A stretch of DNA of 64,000 nucleotides from Macrostomum hystrix. Its lineage: Eukaryota > Animalia > Platyhelminthes. Location: contig CATNEN010000024.1 of the NCBI GenBank assembly GCA_950097015.1, forward strand, positions 3,596,001 to 3,660,000, written 5' to 3'. Under the pieces are notes generated by a model, which saw only the letters and a program-made list of their open reading frames with translations, had not been told where the DNA came from and made no database searches. Shown here one piece after another: positions 13,946 to 27,371 of the stretch. Every line of letters begins with the position of its first letter. Position 1 is the first letter of the stretch. Both the position numbers and the translations under genes were made by a program.

Positions 13946-14666
13946 TGCTCAAGGCGTTGCTTAAGTACATTTAAATATCTGTATAATTACACCAGTTCTA
14001 CTTACCGGCAACTGTGCATCCGGTGCAAATTGGTCAAGCCACTGGGCTTCTGCTGGTTAACTGGCTGTTCGCCCATTTTTCGTCTGCGGCACTTTTTTTT
14101 ATAACAATGCGCTCTTGACGGAACAAGGAGAAAAAGTCTTGTTTTACTGTAAACAGTGTTTAACGCCTTGTGGGCCTTTAGTTAAGACGGTAGATACCTG
14201 CATTCCGAAATACTTATTGTATGCACCTTTAAATTTGATTGCTGAATGCAAAATCTCCTGCCTCTATTATTATTATAATAAAGAACAGCTGTAACTGGCT
14301 TTCACCATCAATTGCTGATGCTGCTGCTGCTGCTGCTGCTGCTGGTGAATGGTTCAGGGCGGGCCAATAGCGGCGAGTATGTCTTGTTTGCCGTAGGCCA
14401 CACGCGAAGCAGCTCTTAACTCTCTATTTATAAAAGAGTTCGCCAGAAGCCCGGATTGGGATCACAAGTCTGCCCGCGGCCCAATCAGAGAGGGCAGGCA
14501 GACAGTGTCAGCGTTGTTCAATATCCCAGAAGGTTCAAAAGCTTCTAGATAATTCTGGGCTTCGTAAATCTTCCGCATCACTGCAAGTAGCATGAGGCGC
14601 TCACGACCATTAAAAAGTCATCCAATGTGATTATCTTAAATAGAGGTTGTAGCCAATTGTTTACAG

Positions 14667-15021
14667 TAATAATAATAATAATTGCAGGAGGGCTGCGGGC
14701 AAAGACGCATCATTTAGTGACACAAGACAATTCTAGTTCCAGGCTATTCTACCTTTTTCGCTGACTCCTGAACACACACTCACACAGCTACTGTAACCAG
14801 GCGCACGTTCACACGGCGGTGTACATCTGTCCTGACTTTCGCATCGTCAACAATTGTACAACTGTGCCTTGGAGGTTGGCCCTCAAGGGCGTAAATTGCA
14901 CGACAAGCCCCCAAGCCTTCTCTCCGCGGCTGTGCCCCTAATGAATGTGGCCTCGCCGCGGAATCGAGCTCAGGGACCTTGGTGCGAGAGGCAAACGCGT
15001 TAACCGCTCTGCCACTCACCC
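14667..15021 (-). mobile_element. Full-length tRNA-derived SINE, family A
   Basis: Reverse complement aligns along the whole of 40690-41051, with a (TAA)n tail at 14667-14682. Confidence 0.9.
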
Positions 15022-15811
15022 TCATTTTAAAAATCAATAGAAAATTGTACAAGAAAGCGATCATCTTTCAAATATAATACTAATATAATCACCAATCTTA
15101 TGACCAGAATACACGCGAAAACCCAATTTGACATAGAAAAGTGACGAATAGGGGTAAAAAATGTTTCCAATGAAATCTTGTTACTGCAGCAGCAGTAGCA
15201 GCAGCGCAATTTGGTTGCCAAGCGCGCAAATCCCATTGCGTGCACAAGTGCAGGCAGTCAAATTATATAGCGAATAGCGGCTGGAGGTTTTGGCTGCAAT
15301 CAATCAAGCCAGAGCAGCTTAGGAGGGCCACATAGCTGCCTGGTCCCTGTCCTGAAAGCTTTATTCAATTTCGGAAAATTTGCAACACTGTCATCTTTGT
15401 ATACTGCTTGAAGATTTTGTTCTCAGAAATAAATTTCGGTCCAGCCTAAGAAATGAGACAGACATTGCAAGAGGACACTTGGCAGACTGGTTGGCAGTAG
15501 TTCTCTACAATACTGGCCTCTTAAAATAATGTTATTACAAAAGCGCTGTGGTCACTTCTTAAAGATGTAGCGACCCGCAGCAAGCGACAAGGCAGATCAG
15601 TGCGAGATGATTGTAAATCAACAAATTAAAATCACATCAAAGAACCTGGATGTCACGAAGCAAAGCTTAACAGAGCTGTCCTTTAACTAGTGGTTTTGAA
15701 GTATTACAAATTAGCCCCTGTTACTAACTATGTAATCTCTTTATCGTCGTATCTTTCAGACGACGCTAAAATGGCTCGGTAGGGAGACACTTGAGTCTAA
15801 TTAGTGAAGCA

Positions 15812-16558
15812 TTTGAGCCGTTAGAGAAGCGTCTGAGTAAATAGAGAAGCGTTTGAGTCGTTTGAGAAGCGTTTAAGTCGTTAGAGAAGCGTTTGAGTCG
15901 TTTGAGAAGCGTTTGAGCCGTTAGAGAAGCATCTGAATAAATAGAGAAGCGTTTGAGTCGTTTGAGAAGCGTTTGAGTAGTTAGAGAAGCGTTTGAGTTG
16001 TTAAAGAAGCGTCTTAGTCGTTAGATAAGCATTTGAATAAGTTAGAGAATGCATTTGAGTCGTTAGAGAAGCGTTTGAGTCGTTTGAGATGCATTTGAGT
16101 CGTTAGATAAGCGTTTGAATCGTTTGAGATGCATTTGAGTCGTTAGAGAAGCGTCTGAGTAAATAGAGAAGCGTTAGAGTTGTTAAAGAAGCGTCTTAGT
16201 CGTTAGATAAGCGTTTGAATCGTTTGAGATGCATTTGAGTCGTTAGAGAAGCGTTTGAGTCGTTTGAGTAGCGTTTGAGTCGTTAGAGAAGTGTTTGAGT
16301 AGTTAGAGAAGCGTTAGAGTTGTTAAAGAAGCGTCTTAGTCGTTAGAGAAGCGTTTGAATCGTTAGAGAAGCATTTGAGTCGTTAGAGAAGCGTCTGATT
16401 AAATATAGAAGCGTCTGAGTAAATAGAGAAGCGTTTGAGTCGTTAGAGAAGCGTTTGAGTCGTTAGAGAAGCGTTTGAGTCGTTAGAGAAGCGTCTGAGT
16501 AGCTGGAGAAGCGTTTGAGTCGTTTCAGAAGCGTTTGAGTAGTTAGAGAAGCGTTTGA
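15812..16558. repeat. 20-bp minisatellite
   Basis: Unit GAAGCGTTTGAGTCGTTAGA. Confidence 0.93.
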
Positions 16559-19500
16559 AAGAATTGTTTCTAAGATTCGTCGTTAGAAAAGCGCGTTAGC
16601 AACTGTATTTTTCATCAACGGACACTGGCTTGACCCTTAATCCTCGTGAAGCAGAATAGACTCAGAGAGAGGCAGAGAAACAAAACCGCATGATCTGTTC
16701 AATCACTGGGAATCCAGTTTTATAAAGTGCGCCCTGCCACTCCGTAGCACTACTCCGATCAAGCGGAGAAAGAGAATAAGAGAATAGGATAGAGCCAAGG
16801 AATGGAGGCGGAGGGGGGTAGCGGCCCAAATCGATTGGCTCCTCTCTCTCTCTCTGGGCGCAGTCCCGTGGGATTGCTTCGAGATCCCACGCCGCAATGT
16901 TCGACTAGACTATATAGAAGCTTAGCTGGGAAAATAAGCAGCCCATTCTCATGGAACTTAGCCTATTCTAGTTATTCATTACAGGAGCGTTTTATTGTGC
17001 CAAAGGAGTTTAGACAGCGCGAAACCACTATGTGGTCACAGTGGGACACGTCAGGGGGCGGGGATAAAACGTATCCCTGTTTTCTTGCTCAACTGTTTCT
17101 GAATTTCTTTCTCCAGTTCATAACGTATGTCTCGTAGTTTGGGTCGCACTCGCACTATGCCAAATCAACAACAGGAAATGAATTTAGAGCTAGAGTGACT
17201 GAGTGACGAAACTGCTGAAATTTACTTACTGGCTAAATTGTTTCTACACTATGCACACATTTTTGATATCCAATGAATTGCCAGCTCTGCTTTCAAAGGC
17301 CCGGATTAAGTTCTGGATCTTTTAAGAATGTTTTAATGGTGCGTTAACTGCCAAAGCAAACTTACATAAGAAATGTCAATAAATAAGACAGCTGTCAAAG
17401 CGTGTCATACAGAGGTGGCACGGGGCTGGTATTTTATTATAAACATGCATTAATATTAGGTAATAATTACAGACTAATGCAATGTGGCGAGGACGCAATT
17501 TATTCAATAACGGCTGTTTGAGCATTGCATGATCGAACGGAAGGCAAATTGACGGAGATTAGAAAAGAAAATATTTTCGGGAAAAATGATTTTGTCCTCT
17601 TAAGTCGCCAATTAACTGTACTAGGACTAGGAAGCTATTTGCCTCTATAAATGGCGAATTGAGGTGCGAAGGGAAGTATAAAAGGGCAAAGTCAATTTGT
17701 AGCAGATCGAGAAGGACTGTGTCTTCCATCACGCTCTCCTCCATCATCACCCTCAGGGATGGAAAGCATGAATATGCAGCTAGCCTTTATACAGTAATTC
17801 TAATGCCTGTCTGAAACCAGTGCGTAGCAACAACAACAGCTGCTGCTGCTGCTAATGCCGTTTCTGCAGTTGTGTCGTGTTGGTTTCAAAGAACGGCGAG
17901 CAAGCGTCTTCACAGTCTCTCTCTAGATTTGTGTGCGTGCCTGCGCATATTCCCCATGCGCTGTCCGGGCATTGCTTTCCTACATCTTCTTTCTTGATCC
18001 TAATTTCCCAACCGAAAGCAACTGGCCTGGGCTTTACTACTTAGTATAGATGCGTGCGCTGTGTGTGTATAGCTACTCCGGGGATGTCTTGGGCGATGCA
18101 AATTAGCTGCGCAAACCCGGCTTCCACAGGCTGAATTCCATTTGCAAGTTTCAGTGGCGAGCGTGGTGGCCGTGGCAGAGACTAGCAGGCGCTATGCACA
18201 GACCGAGGCAATAAACAGCGTATTAGACATGCGAGCCAATGCGCCGTTATATTTCTGTCTAGCAAACGATGCTTCTGTCATCCACAACCACGGGAGGAGG
18301 CCGGGTGGGACAGATGGATGGATGCCAACCCAGGGGGAACGGGAGCAGAAGTAGCGGGCCGAGTGATTGCCCTACAGTCCGGCCTGGGCTGTTTCGCATT
18401 CGACAGCAGCAGCTGCTGGGTTGAGGGCGACTTGTTTGTTTATCCTGCTCCGCCAATACCTTTGGTATCATGCCGTCTGTGCGTGAAATGTGAAATCACT
18501 GAGACGGCTGTCTTCATCTCCATATGGACAACTTGTCAGTATGTTTAATATACACCTCCGACCGCACTATGCCTTAAGTAAATTCTGCATGTGGGTACTT
18601 TCTAGATGTAGTATAATTGATTAAAACATTTTGCCTATAAAGCATTCTCCATGGACAAACAAGCAAACATGCGAGCTTAGATTAGAGTTTAGTAAATAGG
18701 ACTAGCAGTTTAGCCCCCCACGCACCCGCTTCTCGAGTACCCAACTGATCCCCTCAGTATCAAAATGATTCCATCAGACGATCCTTTAGTAACCAAAATC
18801 TCCTTCACTAACCAACTAATCCATCCGCTTTAATGATTCCCCCAGCTTCATATTAAGCAAGGAAGCTTAGCTACCGACACTGTTAAATTCTGCAAAGCAA
18901 GAATTGCATCCATTTTAGCATCGTGATCTTTAAAGGTTAAGATGAAGCATATACGTAGCGTGCTCTATTTCGTAAACAATGAATTTAAACCACGTGTCCA
19001 AGGGCATACACTACATTAGTCGGTTTCTGTTCGCGTTGATGCATATAATAACCGACATTGTTCATTGGAGACGAATTCAGAGAATGAGAAAAGCGCTAAA
19101 TTACGAGCTTAAAAATCTATTTACACAGAAAAGCTAACCAATTAGGAAAGTCTTATAATGTTTCGTTCGAAGTTGAGCATTGATGTTTTCTTCTGGTTAC
19201 AGAAGCGAGTAGGATTCCGTTATGGCCTAACACTGTACCATGTCTAGGCACGAAACAGGAGAATGTGGTTTCTTAGAAATCTGTGTGCACTTTTGCTACG
19301 CAGTCAAGCGATTCCTCAATTCTCACTATAAGCATTGGGCTTCAGGGCTTCATTTTTTATTGTCAACCCCACAATGCAATGCCCACTTTGCTTTCTAGTT
19401 TAATCATTTTCAACTCAAACTCATCACACTCACTCTAAAACGAAAAGAGATTTCCATTAAAATTTGTACAAAATCTATTTTTAGATGGGTTTGATTTATT

Positions 19501-19774
19501 GACAGCCCAGTAAGCAGAAATTGCAATGCCACTAATCTATCCGTGACATTCACTTAAGATTTGGTTAACAATCGATGACAAGTTCATTGTATTCATTCAC
19601 CTTTTGACATGCATTTAACAAACCCATTTAACAATGGGTTAGGTGTCATGCTTTAAATTTTATAACTGAGTATTTCGATTCAATCAACACGAATTGCGCT
19701 GAAGTTTTCGACATTCGAATTACAACGAATCACTTCTCATTCACGTTTTAGTTTGCATAAATTGAATGAACACG

Positions 19775-20542
19775 AAACTGGCACACACTCACTGAAGGAA
19801 CAGGGGAACTGGCACACACTCACTGAAGGAACAGGGGAACTGGCACACACTCACTGTAGGGACAGGGGAACTGGCACACACTCACTGAAGTAACAGGGGA
19901 ACTGGCACACACTCACTGAAGTAACAGGGGAACTGGCACACACTCACTGAAGTAACAGGGGAACTGGCACACACTCACTGAAGGAACAGGGGAACTGGCA
20001 CACACTCACTGAAGGAACAGGGGAACTGGCACACACTCACTGAAGGAACAGGGGAACTGGCACACACTCACTCAACGAACAGGGGAACTGGCACACACTC
20101 CCTGAAGGAACAGGGGAACTGGTACACACTCACTCAACGAACAGGGGAACTGGCACACACTCACTCAACGAACAGGGGAACTGGCACACACTCACTCAAC
20201 GAACAGGGGAACTGGCACACACTCACTCAACGAACAGGGGAACTGGCACACTCCCTGAAGGGACAGGGGAACTGGCACACACTCACTGAAGGAACAGGGG
20301 AACTGGTACACACTCACTCAACGAACAGGGGAACTGGCACACACTCACTCAACGAACAGGGGAACTGGCACACACTCACTCAACGAACAGGGGAACTGGC
20401 ACACTCCCTGAAGGGACAGGGGAACTGGCACACACTCACTGAAGGAACAGGGGAACTGGCACACACTCCCTGAAGTAACAGGGGAACTGGCACACACTCA
20501 CTGAAGGAACAGGGGAACTGGCACACACTCACTGAAGGAACA
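19775..20542. repeat. 31-bp minisatellite
   Basis: Unit GGGGAACTGGCACACACTCACTGAAGGAACA. Confidence 0.95.
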
Positions 20543-23500
20543 ATGGAACACAATGACTGAAAAGTGCATACTTAAAAGTACAACTGAGAGACGGCTGTTG
20601 CACAGAAAATAATGGGAATAAATACTGGGTATCAGATATTTAAATACTAGTCAATCAATCAGCTATTTTTAATCCGAACAGGATTAGTTTTATCGATAAA
20701 TCCAGAAGGATCTAAGTATCCTAATCTCACTTTAATATTGAAAAATTGATTGTCTTTTTTAATAAGGAAATTAAAACAGGAAAGTTGTTATGGATAAAGC
20801 TGCTTAGTAGGAAACTGATAAAGCATTTTCGTTTATTCTTTCTGGCAACAGCCAATTCAGAATGACTGACCCTTTGAATTTTGTGCGCTTTTGTGTATTT
20901 GTGTGGGTGTCTGCGCTTGTAGTCGCGAGTGCGATTATGCGAGCAAAGCTGCAGCAGCAGCAACACACTGGCAGCCCAACAGAATAGCAGAAACGTCAAT
21001 TGAAGTGGAAGAGAGAGCGAGCCAACGGAGCAAGACGAACGGAGAATGACAAGAATGTTGTATAAGTTACGAGTCTAAAAATAATTATAATTCATTTTTT
21101 TAATTATCAATGTTTCTGCAGGAAAGCGACTCTGAATGTAAAAAAACTAGATAGGAGGAGTAAAATGAGACAGGGAAAATGGTATACTGAGGCTGAATCG
21201 GAGAGAGGCAACTCAGCGGACATTGTCCGTTCAAAACAGGCCGAAAACTAGAAAAAATCAAACGAGTACATCTGTACTAATTAGCTGCTCTCAGCTCGTC
21301 TTGCTGCACCGCAAGCGAAGTGCAAAGCGCTCGACGAAGTTGAAGCAAATGCGACTGCTAGCTTGGAAACTATTTGCCTACAAATTAGCAGGCAGGCAGG
21401 ACTTAAAATGTGTAATTAGCTCGCAGAAAAACCATGAAGTACTGAGAGCCAAGTTCGAATGTCTAACCAACAACCTGCACGACGGTTTTGAGAAGAGATC
21501 TTATTAAGTCTCAGTGAACTCTTTGGGCACCGTACTGTGAATTGTTCACATAAAAATAAACAATCTATACTCATATACAAAATTCCCAGTGGGTCTCTAT
21601 ACAGATGCTGTGAATTAATTCCTGAATTAATTCGTTCAGCAGTGATAAAAAGACGACTCACTACTCAAAGACCATGTAGAGCAAGCCGTCCGAGCTGAAG
21701 GTCTCGCACAGTTCAACAATGTGGCTGTGCTTCAGTTGGCGACAAATTTCCACCTCCCGGTGTAGATCTGAGCAGAACACGGAATAAATCAAAGAAAGCT
21801 GTCAGAAATTCTGTTCGTGCCCTTTCAGTGCAGATTTTATCAAACTCTGTCTGTTTTTGTTTCATTTCATTTTTTTCATTGCCCCACTCTAAAGCTCTTA
21901 AATCATATAGTTTTTTGTTACAATTTCTGTCGCTGTTGTTATCGAATCTATCGAGTTTAAATGTTTATTCGCGAAATTAGGTATTCATTGTCTAGCAAAA
22001 AATTATACTAGATCCTAGAAAAGTAAAACAGACTGACAATTAACTAAATTACCTTCATCAGTCAGACCAGGATTGGAAGTAAACTTTGCGACATCGACAA
22101 TCTTCACAGCATACTGCTTCTGGGTCCGCCTGTGAATGCATTTTCTGAATACGCTAAATGGACCCCTGAAAAGTAAAAATATATATATATAGTTCAGGGC
22201 GACTGATTATTACACTTGTATTATTAAAGAGTACCACCAAATGAGTAGAAAAGCAGCACCATATATTTATGCCTACCAGACTTAGATTCTCATTCGAAAT
22301 GAGACTTTTCGTTTTAAAATAAACGGCACTTTTTAATACGTTATTAATAAATCAGAGTTATATATATTATTATTTACCTTCCAACGACTTCCATTTGTTT
22401 GTAAATGTCGTCAAACGCTTTATCATCGCTCGCTGAATTGGTGTACTCAGCAAAGTCCGATGCTTCAATGTTTTGAGAGTGATTTATACTTTCGCTTCTA
22501 TTCATATTTTAAGAGTTCGTTTGTTAAATAATAAATTGTAAGAAGGCGGATATGTTCTACTCTCAAAGAATAAAACAGCGATTTCTTATTTCATGTTGCC
22601 AAATTATTAGAGATCGACAATCAGAAGAGATCGACAGTCAGAAGTCAAAGTCAATCACGTCGAAAAAATTGTGGCCAAAACATGTATTTGGCTTCTAAAA
22701 ATGTCAAAAAAGAAGTGGTTACTTCGTTAAATTATGCTGATACAAGGGCCGTCGTTTCTTAATCAGTTAATATCAAATGCTATGTACATCTTGAACTTTC
22801 GCATGCTTGCTAGGCTTACAACTAAGGCACGAGATTCAAATTTAAAAATTCTGACAATAAGCGGCTTAACAAAGTAGTTTAGCATCATCTTTATAATATG
22901 ACGTATTGACGTATTGCTCGATTCTTACTTAAAAAGAGTTTTGTTTAATATTAATTAATCACTGCTAAAACTTCTTTATACTTGGCTTCGTTGTATCGGC
23001 CTGATTCTTGTATAGTTTTTAGATGTATTTCTTATAAATGTAAGTTCGAGATGGCCTGGACAACTCAATCGTTGCATCGTCTTCCTTATCTAGCTTTTAT
23101 ATATTGAATATTTAGTAGTATAGAATTGTGGCGTTATTTATAATTGTAATTTTGTTCGATTGTATGAACAAGGAGTTGCTTTTGCATCAAGTAAAATTCA
23201 ATTAAACTAACAACAGGAACTATTTCATTTAATTGCTTTTTTAATCATAGACTAAGTAAAAAGTTAAATATTTTCTAGGCATACATGATATCTCAGTTTC
23301 TTATATATTCTCAATACTATACTCACAATCAACAATATATAGTTATTTTTCACAGACTGATTACTTTTAGGAAATCATGTATTTTTCTTTTACACAATAG
23401 TTAAAATTGATTGCTATCACAGCTATGTTTAAATTATAAGATAAGACATTGCCAGGATTGACTGGAACACAGCTTTTATAACATCTATAATTTATTATAT

Positions 23501-23778
23501 TTTTATTGATAATATACTATTTTTTAATATAAGGCTTTTGAGTACTTTTTGAGTGTTTTAAAAGAAACAAGTTTAAATAAAATTACTAATTAGGCTAATC
23601 ATTCAATTTTATGTTGTAACTGGCCTATTGGGTATTATTATAACTACATTTATAAAACCAGCAATTTTATTGTCTATTTTAATGTTTTAAATCATTTTAA
23701 TTGGAATTAGGATTAAATCTGCTTTGTACAGTTTAAGTTTTTGACTCTGAACTTGCATGATTGCAACTAATTCACATA

Positions 23779-24196
23779 GGGGTTGGTAGCAGAGTGGTTA
23801 GCGATTGCCTTATGCACCAATGTCCTTAGTTCTTATACCTTATGCCTTATACCTTATGCCTTATGCACCAATGTCTTAATTCTACAGCAAGGCCACATTA
23901 ATTTTGGGTGCAGCCATGGAGAGGAGTCTTGGGGACTTAAGCAATTTATGCCCTTGAGGGCCAACCTCCAAGGCACAATGAAATTTATAGTTCCTGACAA
24001 TTAAGTCAAGTCAGGGCAGATATACAAACCTGTGTAAGCCTAAGCAAACAGTATCTTGTTGATACAAGTGTCTGTGCTTAAGATTCAGCAAAATAAGCAG
24101 AATTGCCTCCTTGTTGGCTATGGGTCTAGTGTCATCAAATGATGTGCAATTGCCTACAGCCCTCCTACAATTATTATAATTATTATTAGGCCTATT
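23779..24196 (+). mobile_element. Old, CpG-decayed SINE family A copy with 13-bp TSD
   Basis: Colinear with 40690-41051. TSD AACTAATTCACAT at 23765-23777 and 24197-24209. Confidence 0.85.
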
Positions 24197-25479
24197 AACT
24201 AATTCACATGTTCTATACTCAAAGAGAGCTTTTAAGTTATAGCTAGACAATAGCTAGCTATCTAGCAAAATATTATATTTGTCATAAACTCATTTTAAGG
24301 GTAATTGACCTATACTATGTAAGAACAGATTTGGTGCCAAATTCAAATCAAAATAATTTGATGTTTGATGTAGTAAAGCAGAAGACTGCTTTAAAATGTT
24401 GCATAGGCCTAAATTTTATCAACTAAGCTACAAAAAAGAACAAGAGAGTAATTTATTTAATGAATGTTGTTTAGGCTATTATTCTATAGGGCTATATATA
24501 CATAGCTATCACATTAACATTATGTGAGAACAGTATGTGTCAGAATTTTCCTATGAAGCTATAATGGCAAATTGCCTCTTTTGGCATACATTAGCATATT
24601 ATTGCTATAGTGTAATTTTTTTGTATGCATTTGTCATTGGCAATAGGAAAATTATAGTTCTTTGTCATTCTAAGAGTCTATTAAGCCCATTTATCTAGGC
24701 CAATGTGTAGCATGTAAAATATTTAGGACAAGCTCTTAGCATATTATCTAGCTGGCTACCCCCTAGAATATTTTTATAGAACACTTAAAGTGCATAAGAA
24801 AAACTTACTAACCTTTCTTTATCACAATCACAATAGACAGGTCACAATTTAGTAGGCTAAGACAAGTCTAAAGTCTTAAATGTTAATATCAAAAGTAAAA
24901 ACCTGTTTTACAAGGCTAACAAATTTAATTCTTTGATAGCTATTTATTATATATCATTTGCAGGTAAGCAAACTAATCCAGAAATGTTTCCTACCAAATT
25001 GATTTCTTGGGTACAAGCAGTTTAGCAAAATAAAAGAGTCCATTATCTTTATGCAGTACCTAGATTGAGTTTTAGTTTACTTTTTTTCTGCTTACCAATT
25101 GGCTCTTAGAGTAGTTACAGACTTCCATTATGGTTTGGTGGTCATCTATTCTTTTAACAACTAATAAATTGCATAGGCCTACTTCCTAAACTCTGCTTAA
25201 TGATTGTTAACTAGTGTAGCTATAGGTATTAATGTTTAGGTAAACTAAGATGTTATTTATTATGCAATCAACTTATCAAATTTCTCATTTTCAGCCTGGC
25301 TGACGAGCAACAAAGCCAATAGCAAGATTTAATAATTCATCACTACTGCCATTAACTATACTGATCAAACTATATTTTGATAGAACTAATCGTGCTCTTT
25401 TATCTCCCCGAAGTCAGTTAATCTATTAGTTGGCTGAATTATAAAGTCAACATATTAATTGGTTCAACCGCCATCAAGC

Positions 25480-26486
25480 ATGGCGGTCGCTGCGCCAACT
25501 GACGATGGCGCTATAGTTGTTGCCCGCTACGACTACAAGGCCACAGATGATTCCGAGCTCACCATACGCAAATCGGAGCGTCTGCTACTGTTGGACGACA
25601 GTCAGCACTGGTGGAAGGTGCAGAACTCCAATGGTCAGGAGGGCTACGTGCCTAGCAACTATATGAAAAAAGTTCGCCAAGGAATATTTAGCTCTTTAAA
25701 GAATACTCTCACTAAAAAGAAGAGTAAGAAAGAGCTGCAACAGCAGCAGCAGCGGCAAAGCAGCGTCGGCTCACCGCAGGGCACATCGTCCTCTGTAGGT
25801 GTTGGCGCCTACTTGACAAAATCTGACAGCAGCGGCGGCGACCGCCTTGGTCGTAACGCGTCTCCGTTGGAACCGGCTGCCGCCGCATCAGGCGCCTCTC
25901 CGTTCGGCTTTCACACCAACGGTGACGGCGGCGCCATCAACTATCTGCCGCCTTCGTCGTCTCTCCTAGCAGGTAACGGAGGCGGCAGCGACGCGGCAGT
26001 CAGCGGCTGTCGAGTGGCTGTAGCTCGCTACGCTTATCAAGCAGCCCAGGATGACGAATTGTCTATGATCAAAGGCGATTTAATCACGGTGCTTGAAGAG
26101 AGCACGGACGGTTGGTGGCGCGGTCGGCTGCACCGCAGCGAGCGGGTCGGTTGGTTTCCCTCCAATTACGTTTCGGTGGAGGCTCCAGCAGCTCCTGTCG
26201 CATTGCCGCCGAATCCAGCCGCGCCGCAGCCAACGTTTGCCCAGTCGGCTTCGGCGCAGGTGTCAAAATCTGCTCCATTGGTTGAAGCCTCGTCCAAGTC
26301 CGCCTCTGTGCCAGCTCACGCGCCAGCGTCCGCTTCAACTGGCGGTTCGGCCACTGGGCCAGTCGAAGATGCCATGTTCTTAGTTGAGACACTTTACCGA
26401 TTCACGGCCACCCATTCGGAGGAGATGGGATTTAGAGAGAATGAAATCCTGCGCGTCATTGCCACGCCTGCGGATGATCCCGAGTG
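25480..26486 (+). CDS. NCK: Nck adaptor, coding exon 1 (SH3-1, SH3-2, start of SH3-3)
   Basis: ARYDYKATDDSELTIRKSERLLLLDDSQHWWKVQ...GYVPSNY; second SH3 ARYAYQAAQDDELS...GWFPSNY; third SH3 ...DDPEW. ATG at 25480, donor GTGAG at 26487 (phase 2). Confidence 0.95.
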
Positions 26487-26635
26487 GTGAGCTCGCGCGT
26501 TGCTCTTTTGGCTTGTTTTGTTTGGTTGTTCCTGTGTACTTTTCACAGCATCTACATATGTGGGGTTGTCATCGATTTCTCCTAATAAAATCGAAATCCT
26601 AAACTGACTCAGAAATCTTAAAATAATCTGTACCA

Positions 26636-26962
26636 GGGGTCAGTGGCAGACGAATAACGCGTTTGCCTCTCGCACCAAGGTCTCTGAGCTCGATTCTGCG
26701 GCGTGGCCACGTTAAATTGCGGCGCAGCCGCGGAGAGAAGGCTGGGGGGCTTGTCGTGCTATTTATGTCCTTTCCAAGGCCAACCTCCAAGGCACAGTGA
26801 GTGTGTACACTGCCTGACGATTGATAAAGTCAGGGCGGATGTACATACCTGTGTGAGCGTATGCTTGCGTACAGTATCTGTGTGCGTGTGTGCTCAGGAG
26901 ACTAGTGTCACCAAATGATGTGCCATTGTTCGCAGCCCTCCTGCAATTATTATTATTATTAT
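26636..26962 (+). mobile_element. SINE family A with ~40-bp internal deletion, in Nck intron
   Basis: Head GGGGTCAGTGGCAGA...GCTCGATTC, family A body, (ATT)n tail. Confidence 0.88.
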
Positions 26963-26997
26963 AACCGTCTGTCCCTTCCTACCTGAATTTGTTCAAG

Positions 26998-27295
26998 GTG
27001 GCTCGCCAGAAACTCAGCAGGCCAGTCGGGACTGATTCCAAAGAATTATGTTCGCGTTCTTCCTCCAACGCACGACGGCGGCGGTGCCTTCAACGATGCC
27101 AATCATGGACATCAGAAGCAGCAGCAGCTTCCAAGCTCCAATCCTCGGCAACAGTTTTTAACCACCGAGGCCGACGCCCAAGGCCTAGCAGACCGGCCCT
27201 ACTATTGGGGCAATATTAGCCGCGGCGAGGCCGACCGGATGCTAATGGAGATGGCCAAACCCGGCGATTTTATAATACGCACCGGAGAGTCCAAT
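26998..27295 (+). CDS. NCK: Nck coding exon 2 (end of SH3-3, start of SH2); not in the ORF track in this frame
   Basis: Acceptor TTGTTCAAG at 26997. Translates (W)WLARNSAGQSGLIPKNYV...PYYWGNISRGEADRML...PGDFIIRTGESN. Donor GTGAG at 27296 (phase 0). Confidence 0.93.
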
Positions 27296-27371
27296 GTGAG
27301 TACTCGCTATTTCAAGTGTTCTGTTCATTACTGGCTGATTGCCGGTGTCCCGGTTCGTTTAACTAATATCA

